Made by a program: the position numbers and the translations under genes
NCBI GenBank assembly: GCA_017482485.1
Contig: JAFUMV010000081.1
Span: forward strand, 4,981-68,980
DNA from: Lachnospiraceae bacterium
GTDB lineage: Bacteria > Bacillota > Clostridia > Lachnospirales > Lachnospiraceae
Reading direction: 5' to 3'
Length of the DNA stretch: 64,000 nt
Shown: piece by piece, positions 47,810-56,257 of the stretch
Numbering within the stretch: position 1 is the first letter of the stretch
How the letters are laid out: each line of letters opens with the position of its first letter
Notes under the pieces: model-generated
The model's database searches: none
What the model was told of the DNA's origin: nothing
Seen by the model: the letters and a program-made list of their open reading frames with translations, nothing else

Positions 47810-47857
47810 AAAGATACCTTTCCGGAGATATTGGCATCTGCAAATGGGAGCAGATGT

Positions 47858-47886
47858 GTGTTACTGAGAACGGAGTGAACAGTAAC
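47858..47886 (+). repeat. Family A repeat
   Basis: GTGTTACTGAGAACGGAGTGAACAGTAAC; 27/29 identical to the 31694 copy; internal GTTACTG/CAGTAAC palindrome. Confidence 0.65.
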
Positions 47887-47924
47887 AGATGGGTTACGGT
47901 TCGGTTACAGGATATCAAAAGATG

Positions 47925-47953
47925 TTGATTCGTTCAAGAGATTGCCCTATAAT
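47925..47953 (+). promoter_or_regulatory. SigA promoter for proC
   Basis: TTGATT-17bp-TATAAT. Confidence 0.6.
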
Positions 47954-48056
47954 AAGCAAAGAAAGTTATGCGGCAATTGCTGCCAACAGCATGAGCAGTA
48001 ACAGGCGTGAATTGGATTGTAAAAATCGATTGAAAACTGTAGAATGGAGAAAAATT

Positions 48057-48857
48057 ATGGAGAAAAAAATAGGATTTATCGGCGGCGGCAATATGGGAAG
48101 TGCCATGATGTCCGGCCTGGTGAAAACAAGGGTCTGCAGCCCGGAAGATGTAATCGCATATGATGTATCTGCTTCTGCCCTTGAAAAATTGCAGAGAGAA
48201 CTGGGAATTTGTACGACAGATTGTGTGGAAACGCTGATTGAGAAAGCAGACGTGATTGTGCTGGCAGTAAAGCCCCAGGTGCTTCCATCCGTGCTGAAAC
48301 AGCATGGTGTAAAAATCACAAAGGACAAGCTGGTGATTTCCATCGCGGCAGGCATCACGCTGACCCGTCTGACAGAACTTTTGTCAGAAGAACACAAGCT
48401 TGTGAGAGTTATGCCCAATACTCCGGCGATGGTGGGAGAAGGCATGGCCGGAATCTGTACCAATTCAAACGTGACGGAAGAAGAAAAGCAGCAGGTGCTT
48501 GCCATGTTCAACTGTTTTGGAAAGGCAGAGCTGATTCCGGAAAAGCTGATTGATGCGGTGGTTGGGGTCAGCGGCTCCAGCCCGGCCTATGTGTACATGT
48601 TCATCGAGGCTTTGGCAGATGGCGCGGTGATGGAGGGCATGCCCAGGAGTCAGGCTTACACCTTTGCGGCCCAGGCGGTGCTTGGCTCTGCGAAGATGGT
48701 TTTAGAGAGCGGAAAGCATCCCGGCGAATTAAAAGATATGGTTTGTTCTCCTGCAGGCACCACGATTGATGCGGTGAGATCCCTGGAAGCAGACGGCTTG
48801 CGGGCAGCAGTGATCAATGCGGTGCATGTGGCGGCGGAGAAAAACCGGAATATGTGA
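48057..48857 (+). CDS. proC: Pyrroline-5-carboxylate reductase
   Basis: GFIGGGNMG, LAVKPQ, RVMPNTP, SGSSPAY and VCSPAGTTI motifs. Start set at ATG 48057. Confidence 0.95.
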   Translation: MEKKIGFIGGGNMGSAMMSGLVKTRVCSPEDVIAYDVSASALEKLQRELGICTTDCVETLIEKADVIVLAVKPQVLPSVLKQHGVKITKDKLVISIAAGITLTRLTELLSEEHKLVRVMPNTPAMVGEGMAGICTNSNVTEEEKQQVLAMFNCFGKAELIPEKLIDAVVGVSGSSPAYVYMFIEALADGAVMEGMPRSQAYTFAAQAVLGSAKMVLESGKHPGELKDMVCSPAGTTIDAVRSLEADGLRAAVINAVHVAAEKNRNM

Positions 48858-48879
48858 TAATTTGTGGCAGAGGTTTGTA

Positions 48880-50313
48880 ATGGAAAAAGAAAAACAAAAT
48901 CAGGGGACGGGTCTGAACATCAGCGTGAAATCCTTTCTGACGGCGCTGATCATGCTGTTTGTGCTGATGGTGGTCACCTATCTTCTGACCTTTATTGTGC
49001 CGGGAGGCGAATATGAACGGGTACTGACGGACGGCAAGGAACAGGTGGTGCCGGGCACTTTCACCTGGACTGAAGGGAGCATTCCTTTCTGGAAATGGCT
49101 GCTTTCTCCCATTCTCATGCTGGGCGCGGACGGCGGTGGGACGGTAATTGCGATCGTCATCTTTTTGCTTGTGATCGGCGGCATTTTTCACTGTATGGAT
49201 CAGAGCGGACTCATGCACTATATGCTGCTTTCCATCGGACACTGTTATGCGGATCATAAGTATCGGATGCTGATGCTGATTTCCCTGTTTTTTATGTGTA
49301 TGGGGTCCTTTGTAGGATCTTTTGAAGAAAGCGTGCCTCTGGTGCCCATTGCGGTGGCACTGGCGGTGTCCATGGGCTGGGATGCCATGGTGGGACTGGG
49401 AATGAGCCTGCTTGCCATCGGCTGCGGGTTCGCTACCGGAATCTGCAATCCCTTCACCGTAGGGGTGGCACAGCAGCTGGCGGATCTTCCGATGTTTTCG
49501 GGCGCAGGACTTCGGATTGTGAGTTTTCTGGTGATCTATGCCTGTCTGATGGGATTTTTAATCGGATATGCAAAAAAAATAGAAAAAAATCCGGAAAAGT
49601 CAGTGCTCTATGGGAAAAAAGACCGGACCCAGCAGGCAAATCTTCTGGAAGAGAGTTTTGAACCGGATCCTGATAAGGCGAAAGGACTGAAGCGTTTTGC
49701 TGTGATTCTGGGCTGTGGAATTGTGCTTATCTTTTTATCCGCTTTCGTTGCTTTTTTACAGGATATCACGATGCCCATGATCGCGGTGCTGTTTCTGGCG
49801 GCCGGTCTGGCGGCGGTGCGGGCCTGCCGGATGGAATGGAAAGCGATCGGAAAGCATTTTGCGGACGGGGCAGTGAGTCTGCTGCCGGCAATTCTGCTGA
49901 TTCTGATGGCAGGAAGCGTGAAATATACCTTAATGGAAGGCAAAATTCTGGATACCATTCTGTATCAGATGTCCGGATTGATTGAAAAGTTGCCCGGCGG
50001 TGCGGCAGTCCTGATGCTGTATGCATTTGTGCTTCTGATGAATTTTTTCATCTCTTCGGGCTCGGCAAAGGCGTTTCTGATGATGCCGCTGATTGCGCCG
50101 ATTGTTGACTTCTGCGGCATATCCAGACAGCTGGGCGTTTTGGCTTTTGCCTTTGGGGACGGTTTTTCCAACGTGTTTTATTTTACCAATCCGGTGCTTT
50201 TGATCAGTCTGGGATTGGCTGGAGTGGGATACGGAACCTGGGCGAAATGGAGCATTAAGTTTCAGGTGATCGTCCTGGTGGTGACTAGTGTGATTTTGCT
50301 GATCGCAGCATAA
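48880..50313 (+). CDS. YfcC/DcuC-like membrane transporter
   Basis: VPGGEYER, NPFTVGVAQQLADLPMFSG, ISSGSAKA and FAFGDGFSN motifs typical of the YfcC family. Confidence 0.85.
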   Translation: MEKEKQNQGTGLNISVKSFLTALIMLFVLMVVTYLLTFIVPGGEYERVLTDGKEQVVPGTFTWTEGSIPFWKWLLSPILMLGADGGGTVIAIVIFLLVIGGIFHCMDQSGLMHYMLLSIGHCYADHKYRMLMLISLFFMCMGSFVGSFEESVPLVPIAVALAVSMGWDAMVGLGMSLLAIGCGFATGICNPFTVGVAQQLADLPMFSGAGLRIVSFLVIYACLMGFLIGYAKKIEKNPEKSVLYGKKDRTQQANLLEESFEPDPDKAKGLKRFAVILGCGIVLIFLSAFVAFLQDITMPMIAVLFLAAGLAAVRACRMEWKAIGKHFADGAVSLLPAILLILMAGSVKYTLMEGKILDTILYQMSGLIEKLPGGAAVLMLYAFVLLMNFFISSGSAKAFLMMPLIAPIVDFCGISRQLGVLAFAFGDGFSNVFYFTNPVLLISLGLAGVGYGTWAKWSIKFQVIVLVVTSVILLIAA

Positions 50314-50339
50314 AATATTTTTTTACAAAGGAGATTACA

Positions 50340-50744
50340 ATGGACAAAGACAACAAAATCAGAATTGCCTGCATGCTGGGGGGAGCGGCACTATTTTTCT
50401 TCATCTGCCCTGCAATTTTCAAACAGTTACCGGAGGAAACCGGAGCGATCTGGCAGATGCTCTCCCTGATGATTATCAACCAGATCTTTATCGGCGTAGT
50501 GGGATGGCAGGCGAATTATCTGCCGAAATTCAATATTTACATTCCGGGTGTTATGATTGTGATTTATATCATTTCGGAGCTGGTTTTTTATGGCACAATC
50601 AGCTGGAGCATGGAACTGGAGTATTTACAGACCGGTTATATCTGCTATTTCCTGAAGAAATTCATCAGTATCAGACAAAAGCAGGAGGAAAAGAAGAAAA
50701 AGGACAATTTTCCGTCTTTTGTCAAAAATAATAAGAAAAAATAA
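50340..50744 (+). CDS. Hypothetical membrane protein with a Lys-rich tail
   Basis: RBS AAGGAG; about four hydrophobic segments. Confidence 0.75.
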   Translation: MDKDNKIRIACMLGGAALFFFICPAIFKQLPEETGAIWQMLSLMIINQIFIGVVGWQANYLPKFNIYIPGVMIVIYIISELVFYGTISWSMELEYLQTGYICYFLKKFISIRQKQEEKKKKDNFPSFVKNNKKK

Positions 50745-50791
50745 AAAGATATCGGCAGCTGCACAGTTTGCAAAGCTGCCGATATCTTTTT
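50743..50791. terminator. Bidirectional terminator
   Basis: AAAAAGATATCGGCAGCT/AGCTGCCGATATCTTTTT. Confidence 0.8.
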
Positions 50792-50794
50792 ATT

Positions 50795-51517
50795 TTAAAG
50801 GAAACCGCCATCAATGGTGATGATTTGCCCTGTCATATAGGCCGGCGCCTCTGCAAGCTGCAGCGCCAGTGCTGCGACTTCTTCCGGACGACCCAGACGG
50901 TCCGCCGGAATTTCCTCTATGAGCATCTGCATTTCCTCTTCGGAAAAACAGTGGTTCATGTCCGTGTCGATCACACCGCAGGCAATGGCGTTGACCAAAA
51001 TATTGCTGGGTGCCAGCTCCTTCGCCAGCGCCCTCGTCAGACTGTTGACTGCGCCCTTGGAGGCGGAGTAGGCTGTTTCCATGGAAGCGCCCACATTGCC
51101 CCAGACAGAGGAAATATTGATGATGCGCCCGCTTTTTTCATGAACCATCCGTGGAATTGCAAGCTTGCTGGTATAAAAACATGCATCCAGATTCGTGGAC
51201 ATGAGTCTGTGCCATTCCTCAGGAGTCATATCGGAAAGCAGGCCGATATGGGAGATTCCGGCATTGTTGATGAGAACATCCAGGCGGCCGATTTGGGAAA
51301 AAAGAGTTTTTACCGTTTCAAAATCGCCCATATCTCCCACAAACGGAGTGGCTGTAATCTTATGCCTGTCTGAAAGTGCCCGGCAGAGGGCATAAAGCTG
51401 CTCATGAGAATGAATACAGGTCAGATAAAGGTCGTATCCGGCGGCCGCGTAGGCGCAGGCAATGGCGCGGCCGATGCCGCGGGAGGCACCGGTAATTAGT
51501 GCTGTTTTATGCTGCAT
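50795..51517 (-). CDS. SDR oxidoreductase, FabG/YmfI-like
   Basis: TGASRGIG, NNAG, YSASK and VNAIACG motifs. Confidence 0.92.
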   Translation of the reverse strand: MQHKTALITGASRGIGRAIACAYAAAGYDLYLTCIHSHEQLYALCRALSDRHKITATPFVGDMGDFETVKTLFSQIGRLDVLINNAGISHIGLLSDMTPEEWHRLMSTNLDACFYTSKLAIPRMVHEKSGRIINISSVWGNVGASMETAYSASKGAVNSLTRALAKELAPSNILVNAIACGVIDTDMNHCFSEEEMQMLIEEIPADRLGRPEEVAALALQLAEAPAYMTGQIITIDGGFL

Positions 51518-51781
51518 GTTTGAATCCTTTCGGTATACTTTGTAAAAGTTTTGACTTTCTGTGCTGCATGAGCCAAAGAATTGTCCTGCGGTTCAGTGGA
51601 TTTTCACTATCAGGGTATATACGATCGAAACGCAGGAAAATCCCCCGATTGCATGCCCCAAATAGTGAAGGAACCGGAAAATCAGCTGTGAGTTGTTGTC
51701 ATTTGAAAGACAATATGGTTATAATGATGTATTATAGCACTTAAAAAATGAAAAGTCATTATCTGTAAGGAGGTAATAAAT

Positions 51782-52690
51782 ATGTATGATCTGATCATTA
51801 TCGGTTCCGGTCCCGCAGGACTGAGCGCAGCGGTTTACGGAAAGCGTGCGGGCTTCAATACGCTGGTTTTGGAAAAAAGTCCCATGAGCGGCGGGCAGGT
51901 GCTCAACACTTATGAGGTTGACAATTATCTCGGAATGCCTGGAATTAACGGTTTCGATATGGGAATGCAGTTTCGGGAACATGCGGACAGGCTTGGAGCA
52001 GAGTTTCTGGAGGCCGATGTGACGGGGATATCCGTTGAAGGAGAGAAAAAACTGGTATACACCAGAAAAGAAACACTGGAAGCGAAAGCTGTGATTGTGG
52101 CCTGCGGCGCAGTGCATAAAAAGCTGGAAGTTTTGGGAGAAGAACGTCTGGCCGGCAGAGGAATTTCCTATTGTGCAACCTGTGACGGCGCTTTTTACAG
52201 GGGGAAAACCGCAGCGGTGGTCGGCGGCGGTGATGTAGCGGTAGAGGATGCCATATTCCTTGCCAGAAGCTGCAAAAAGGTATATGTGATTCACAGAAGG
52301 GATGAACTGCGGGCTGCAAAGAGCCTTCAGGACAGGCTGTTTGCCCTGCCTAATGTGGAGATGATCTGGAACAGCACCGTTTCCGAAATCCTGGGAGAAG
52401 AAATGGTGACAGGACTTCTGCTTCATAATAGAAAGGAAGAAAAAGAGCAGAAGCTGGAGGTGGACGGTGTATTCATTGCTGTGGGCATCACACCGGATTC
52501 CGGCATCTGCAAAGATCTTGTTCAAATGGACGAAAACGGTTATCTGATCGCAGGCGAGGACTGTGCCACCAGCGTGCCGGGGATTTTCGCTGCCGGGGAT
52601 GTGCGGACGAAAAAACTGCGTCAGATTGTGACGGCAGTTGCGGACGGAGCCAATGCGGTGGCCTCTGCGCAGGAGTACTTTTTGAGATGA
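51782..52690 (+). CDS. trxB: Thioredoxin-disulfide reductase
   Basis: IIGSGPAG, CATCDG redox motif, VGGGD, HRRD and FAAGD. Confidence 0.95.
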   Translation: MYDLIIIGSGPAGLSAAVYGKRAGFNTLVLEKSPMSGGQVLNTYEVDNYLGMPGINGFDMGMQFREHADRLGAEFLEADVTGISVEGEKKLVYTRKETLEAKAVIVACGAVHKKLEVLGEERLAGRGISYCATCDGAFYRGKTAAVVGGGDVAVEDAIFLARSCKKVYVIHRRDELRAAKSLQDRLFALPNVEMIWNSTVSEILGEEMVTGLLLHNRKEEKEQKLEVDGVFIAVGITPDSGICKDLVQMDENGYLIAGEDCATSVPGIFAAGDVRTKKLRQIVTAVADGANAVASAQEYFLR

Positions 52691-52832
52691 GGCAGTGCAG
52701 CGTGGGATGCGCTGTCAAATTTGTCGTAACAGACATGCAGTTACAACACTTGGGCCTATGGCTTGGAAAAGTCTTTCTGTCCCCGGTTTCACCCGGTTTA
52801 TCCTGCGAAAACACCTCGCGTACACGTGCCCG

Positions 52833-52844
52833 GTGAACAGTAAC
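52833..52844 (+). repeat. Partial family A repeat
   Basis: GTGAACAGTAAC, identical to the 3' 12 nt of the 47858 copy. Confidence 0.35.
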
Positions 52845-52882
52845 ACTGGTATAATTTGTCAGTATAAGTCGCATACTGTCGA

Positions 52883-52911
52883 TTGACAAACCCCTGTCAG
52901 AATGATATAGT
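52883..52911 (+). promoter_or_regulatory. SigA promoter for the NlpC/P60 gene
   Basis: TTGACA-17bp-TATAGT. Confidence 0.65.
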
Positions 52912-53012
52912 ATATCCTAGATGTAATAATTTCGTAATAAATGTAACAAATGCAGAAGAAAATTGTAACTGTTCTGAGGGGGATTGTTACAATTGCTGAT
53001 TCGGGGGAATCT

Positions 53013-54539
53013 ATGAATCGTAAGTATACAAAAGCGATGATTTGTGCGGTTGCAACTGCACTTTTTATATCAGGAAGCAATTTTCAGACCGATGCGGCAG
53101 TCAAGGTGAGCGCGATGCTGCCGGCAGCGGGTATCGGTTTGATGCTGGGGGAAGGAACATCTGTTGCAGAGGTTCGGAAAGAAGTGCAGAAGAAGGCTGA
53201 AACGAAAGCGGCAGAGCAGAGCACGCAGGCAGCGGGAGAGACTGTGGAAAGCGCACAGAGTGCGGCATCTGCAGAAGGCCCTGCCGAAACGGAAACCGTG
53301 TGGGCTACAGAGGCTGTGGAGCCTGTGGAAGTGAAAGCGACCGAAATACAGACTGAGGTTCAGAATACAGAGAGCACACGGGAAACAGAAATTGCTTCAA
53401 ACGATGCGCAGGAAGGTACGAAGCAGGAAACGGAAGTAGCTGAGACTGAGATCGTGGAGGCCATAGAGCCTCAGCTCCAGGAGACAGAAGAAGAGACAGC
53501 CGGGGAACCTGAGCAGCAGGAAGAGATTCTGATCATTGCGCAGGTGAATGATTATGTGAATATTCGCAGTATTCCAAGTACCGATGGTGAGATTGTGGGT
53601 AAGCTGTACGACAATTCCGTGGGAACCCTGATTTCCGAAGAGGATGGCTGGTATCTCATGAAGTCCGGCAGTGTGGAAGGCTATGTAAAGGCGGAATATT
53701 TCAAAACCGGCGATGAAGCGAAGAGAATTGCTGATGAAGTCGGCAACAAGATCGCAACCGTTACCACAGAAACGTTAAGAGTCAGAAGCGAAGCGAGTCT
53801 GGAAGCTTCCGTGCTGGGCCTTGTTCCCGGCGGTGAAGTTCTGACCGTTCTCGCCCAGGAGAACGGCTTCGTCAAGGTCAGCATTGAAGAAGGTGACGGG
53901 TGGGTTTCCACAGATTATGTGGACGTTGAAGTGGAATATGTGACCGCAGAATCCGTTGCGGAAGAGCGTGCCCGCCTTGAAAAGGAAGAAAAGGCTAAGG
54001 AAGAGGCGAGAAAGGCGGCGGAAGCAGCAGAGGCCAAGCTGAAAGCGGAAGCGAAGAAGCGTGAAGAGGAAGCTGCTAAGAAGGCTGCAGAAGCAGCACA
54101 GCAGGCTGAAACTGCGCAGGCAGAAGCAGCACAGGCAGCGTCTGAAGCGCAGAACGCAGCACAGGAAACCGTTGCAGCTCCGGCACCGGCATCCAGCCTC
54201 GGACAGGCGGTTGCAAACTATGCGGTACAGTTCGTGGGGAATCCCTATGTGTATGGCGGAATCAGCCTGACAAACGGCGCGGACTGCTCCGGATTTGTTA
54301 TGAGTGTTTATAAGAATTTCGGTGTATCCCTGCCTCATTCTTCCTCCGCGGACAGAAATGTGGGCTATGCGGTGGATGGTCTGGCAAATGCACAGCCCGG
54401 TGACATTGTCTGCTACTCCGGTCATGTGGGTATCTACATCGGCAACGGTCAGATCGTGCACGCGAGCACGGAAAAGACCGGAATCAAGATTTCCAACGCA
54501 TCTTACAGAAAGGTGCTGGCGGTCAGAAGAATATTCTGA
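53013..54539 (+). CDS. Secreted NlpC/P60 peptidoglycan endopeptidase with two SH3b domains
   Basis: Signal-like N-terminus, E/T/A-rich linker, two SH3b repeats (VNIRS.PS, LRVRSEAS), and NPYVYGG..DCSGF..GHVGIY. Start set at ATG 53013. Confidence 0.93.
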   Translation: MNRKYTKAMICAVATALFISGSNFQTDAAVKVSAMLPAAGIGLMLGEGTSVAEVRKEVQKKAETKAAEQSTQAAGETVESAQSAASAEGPAETETVWATEAVEPVEVKATEIQTEVQNTESTRETEIASNDAQEGTKQETEVAETEIVEAIEPQLQETEEETAGEPEQQEEILIIAQVNDYVNIRSIPSTDGEIVGKLYDNSVGTLISEEDGWYLMKSGSVEGYVKAEYFKTGDEAKRIADEVGNKIATVTTETLRVRSEASLEASVLGLVPGGEVLTVLAQENGFVKVSIEEGDGWVSTDYVDVEVEYVTAESVAEERARLEKEEKAKEEARKAAEAAEAKLKAEAKKREEEAAKKAAEAAQQAETAQAEAAQAASEAQNAAQETVAAPAPASSLGQAVANYAVQFVGNPYVYGGISLTNGADCSGFVMSVYKNFGVSLPHSSSADRNVGYAVDGLANAQPGDIVCYSGHVGIYIGNGQIVHASTEKTGIKISNASYRKVLAVRRIF

Positions 54540-54560
54540 TGAAAATAAAATATAAAACGT

Positions 54561-54597
54561 AAAAACCGTTCGCTTCGACTGAGGCGGACGGTTTTTT
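54561..54597. terminator. Bidirectional terminator
   Basis: AAAAACCGTTCGC/GCGGACGGTTTTTT. Confidence 0.75.
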
Positions 54598-54667
54598 ATA
54601 GGAAAGTTCCGGATTTTCCATAGCATAAAAAGGCCCCTTGGGGGGATCGCCCTGCGGTAGAATGGAA

Positions 54668-54716
54668 GATGTCCGCTTTGCGGACCCGCCGCGCAGGCAA
54701 TTTATGATTGCCGGAA
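54668..54716. repeat. Family B palindrome cluster
   Basis: CAGGCAATTTATGATTGCCGGAA (21/23 identical to 24963-24985), plus TCCGC-TTT-GCGGA. Confidence 0.5.
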
Positions 54717-54736
54717 GAATTTCTCAGGGCACCTGT

Positions 54737-56257
54737 TCAGGGCGTCCTGTTCTGCTGCCGATACTCGTTCGGCGTAAATCCGGTGAGCTTTTTAAAGACC
54801 TTATAAAAATATCTGGGGTCTTCATATCCCACCATGGAAGCGATTCTGGAAGCCGGCAGTTCCGTCGCCAGCAGCAGTTTCTTCGCCTCTTCGATGCGCA
54901 CCTGTGTCAGATAATTGATGGGGGTGATCGCTTCGTGCTTTTTGAATATGTACGAAAAATATTTCGGATTCAAATGATATTTATCAGCCAGAAAACTGAG
55001 CGTGATGTCTTCGGCATAATGGATATGGATAAAATCCTTTACCTGTTCATATAAAGATGAATTGGAGGACAAGGACTGGGCGCAGGTGCGTTTCAGTTCT
55101 TCATAGACCGGCGCCAGAATCTCTTCTTTGCTTTCGCAAATGGTCCAGTATTTGTTTTCAATATAATTCATCCAGAATTTCCGGTCGGGGTGAAAGTTCT
55201 GGCGGATCAGAAGTTCGTAAAGATACTGGAACAGAAAATCCAGATTATACACGTGAGGATACAGTTGCTCCACCAGTTTTATAAATTCTAAAGCGGCTTC
55301 GTCTCCGGTTTTGCTTTTGATGCGAAGCTCAAAATCTTTCATATCAAAAATCTGGGAGATGTCTTTGGATTCTCTTGCCTCATGGTCGGAAAAAACGGTG
55401 CCGATCCCCTTTTCAAAGCGCTGGTGAAGCGCCTGCTCGGCGGAAGAGAAAAGCTCTGCATCTGCCAAAATACCGGTACGGCTTAAACCTATGGTCATGA
55501 CAGCGCCCAGCGTCTTTTGCCTTTGAATCACGGATTTTAATATTTCTGTGATATTTCCGCGTTTTTTTGTCAAATTTCTGTCATAAAACAGGATCAGCCG
55601 ATTTTGCATTTCCTCAGTGGGCAGCAATTTAAAAGAAACGGGAATTTTTCTGGTCAGCGCTTCTGCAAAGGCTCTATACACATCTTCCTGATCATGGTAA
55701 CGATCCTGTCTGTAAACGCTCACATGGACGTTGGCAATCATGAATTCGCAGCTTTCATCCCCATCGAGAAGCTTCAGAAGCTGTTCATACTCCTCGGATG
55801 ATATGTTTTTTTGCCTGCATTTTTTGATGAGACTGTTGATGAGAAAGAGCGTGTTTTCCTGCAATGTGCTGGAAAGGAGCTTTCTTTCCTTACACTGATG
55901 GATGGCCCTGTCTATCGCTTCGAATAATTTCTTGTTGGTGATTGGTTTAAGCAGATATCCGCAGGATTCGTGTTCTATTGCCGTCTGAGCATACTCAAAT
56001 TCCGCATAGCCGCTTATGATGATAAAAGGGGTCTGTATATTTTCCTGGCGGCATTTTTTTATCAGATCCAGTCCATCCATATGCTCCATCCGAATGTCGG
56101 TGATGACAATGTCCGGATGATGCTCTTTAATCAATGCAAAAGCTTCCGCGCCGTTTTCCGCATAGTATAAATTTTGAAACTGGCAGTAATGCTTTAAAAT
56201 CCGTGCGGCAAGCGCTTCGCGTATCAAAAATTCATCGTCAGCAATCAGTATCTTCAT
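54737..56257 (-). CDS. Response regulator with AraC HTH (YesN-like)
   Basis: IADDE, DIVITDIRM and YLLKP; C-terminal YFYKVFKK. Confidence 0.93.
   Translation of the reverse strand: MKILIADDEFLIREALAARILKHYCQFQNLYYAENGAEAFALIKEHHPDIVITDIRMEHMDGLDLIKKCRQENIQTPFIIISGYAEFEYAQTAIEHESCGYLLKPITNKKLFEAIDRAIHQCKERKLLSSTLQENTLFLINSLIKKCRQKNISSEEYEQLLKLLDGDESCEFMIANVHVSVYRQDRYHDQEDVYRAFAEALTRKIPVSFKLLPTEEMQNRLILFYDRNLTKKRGNITEILKSVIQRQKTLGAVMTIGLSRTGILADAELFSSAEQALHQRFEKGIGTVFSDHEARESKDISQIFDMKDFELRIKSKTGDEAALEFIKLVEQLYPHVYNLDFLFQYLYELLIRQNFHPDRKFWMNYIENKYWTICESKEEILAPVYEELKRTCAQSLSSNSSLYEQVKDFIHIHYAEDITLSFLADKYHLNPKYFSYIFKKHEAITPINYLTQVRIEEAKKLLLATELPASRIASMVGYEDPRYFYKVFKKLTGFTPNEYRQQNRTP

Noticed and set aside
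47889-48056. N-terminal extension of proC, and a possible T-box leader
   Set aside because: The extension spans a repeat and a clear promoter. No T-box consensus (specifier loop, TGGNACCGCG-like T-box) is visible.
24746-52844. CRISPR array from the 29-bp repeats
   Set aside because: The copies are kilobases apart and in mixed orientation, with no regular spacers and no cas genes.
52990-53012. c-di-AMP (ydaO) riboswitch before the NlpC/P60 gene
   Set aside because: Only a short GCTGA...GGGGGAA resemblance that overlaps the RBS. The remaining paired elements are missing and there is no room for them.
53900-54190. Repeat element in the Ala/Glu/Lys-rich stretch of the NlpC/P60 gene
   Set aside because: This is an ordinary coiled-coil or low-complexity linker, typical of these hydrolases.
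54638-55054. 138-aa plus-strand ORF, and 50768-51373 opposite the SDR gene
   Set aside because: They overlap real genes antisense, start within palindromic or terminator DNA, and show no protein motifs.
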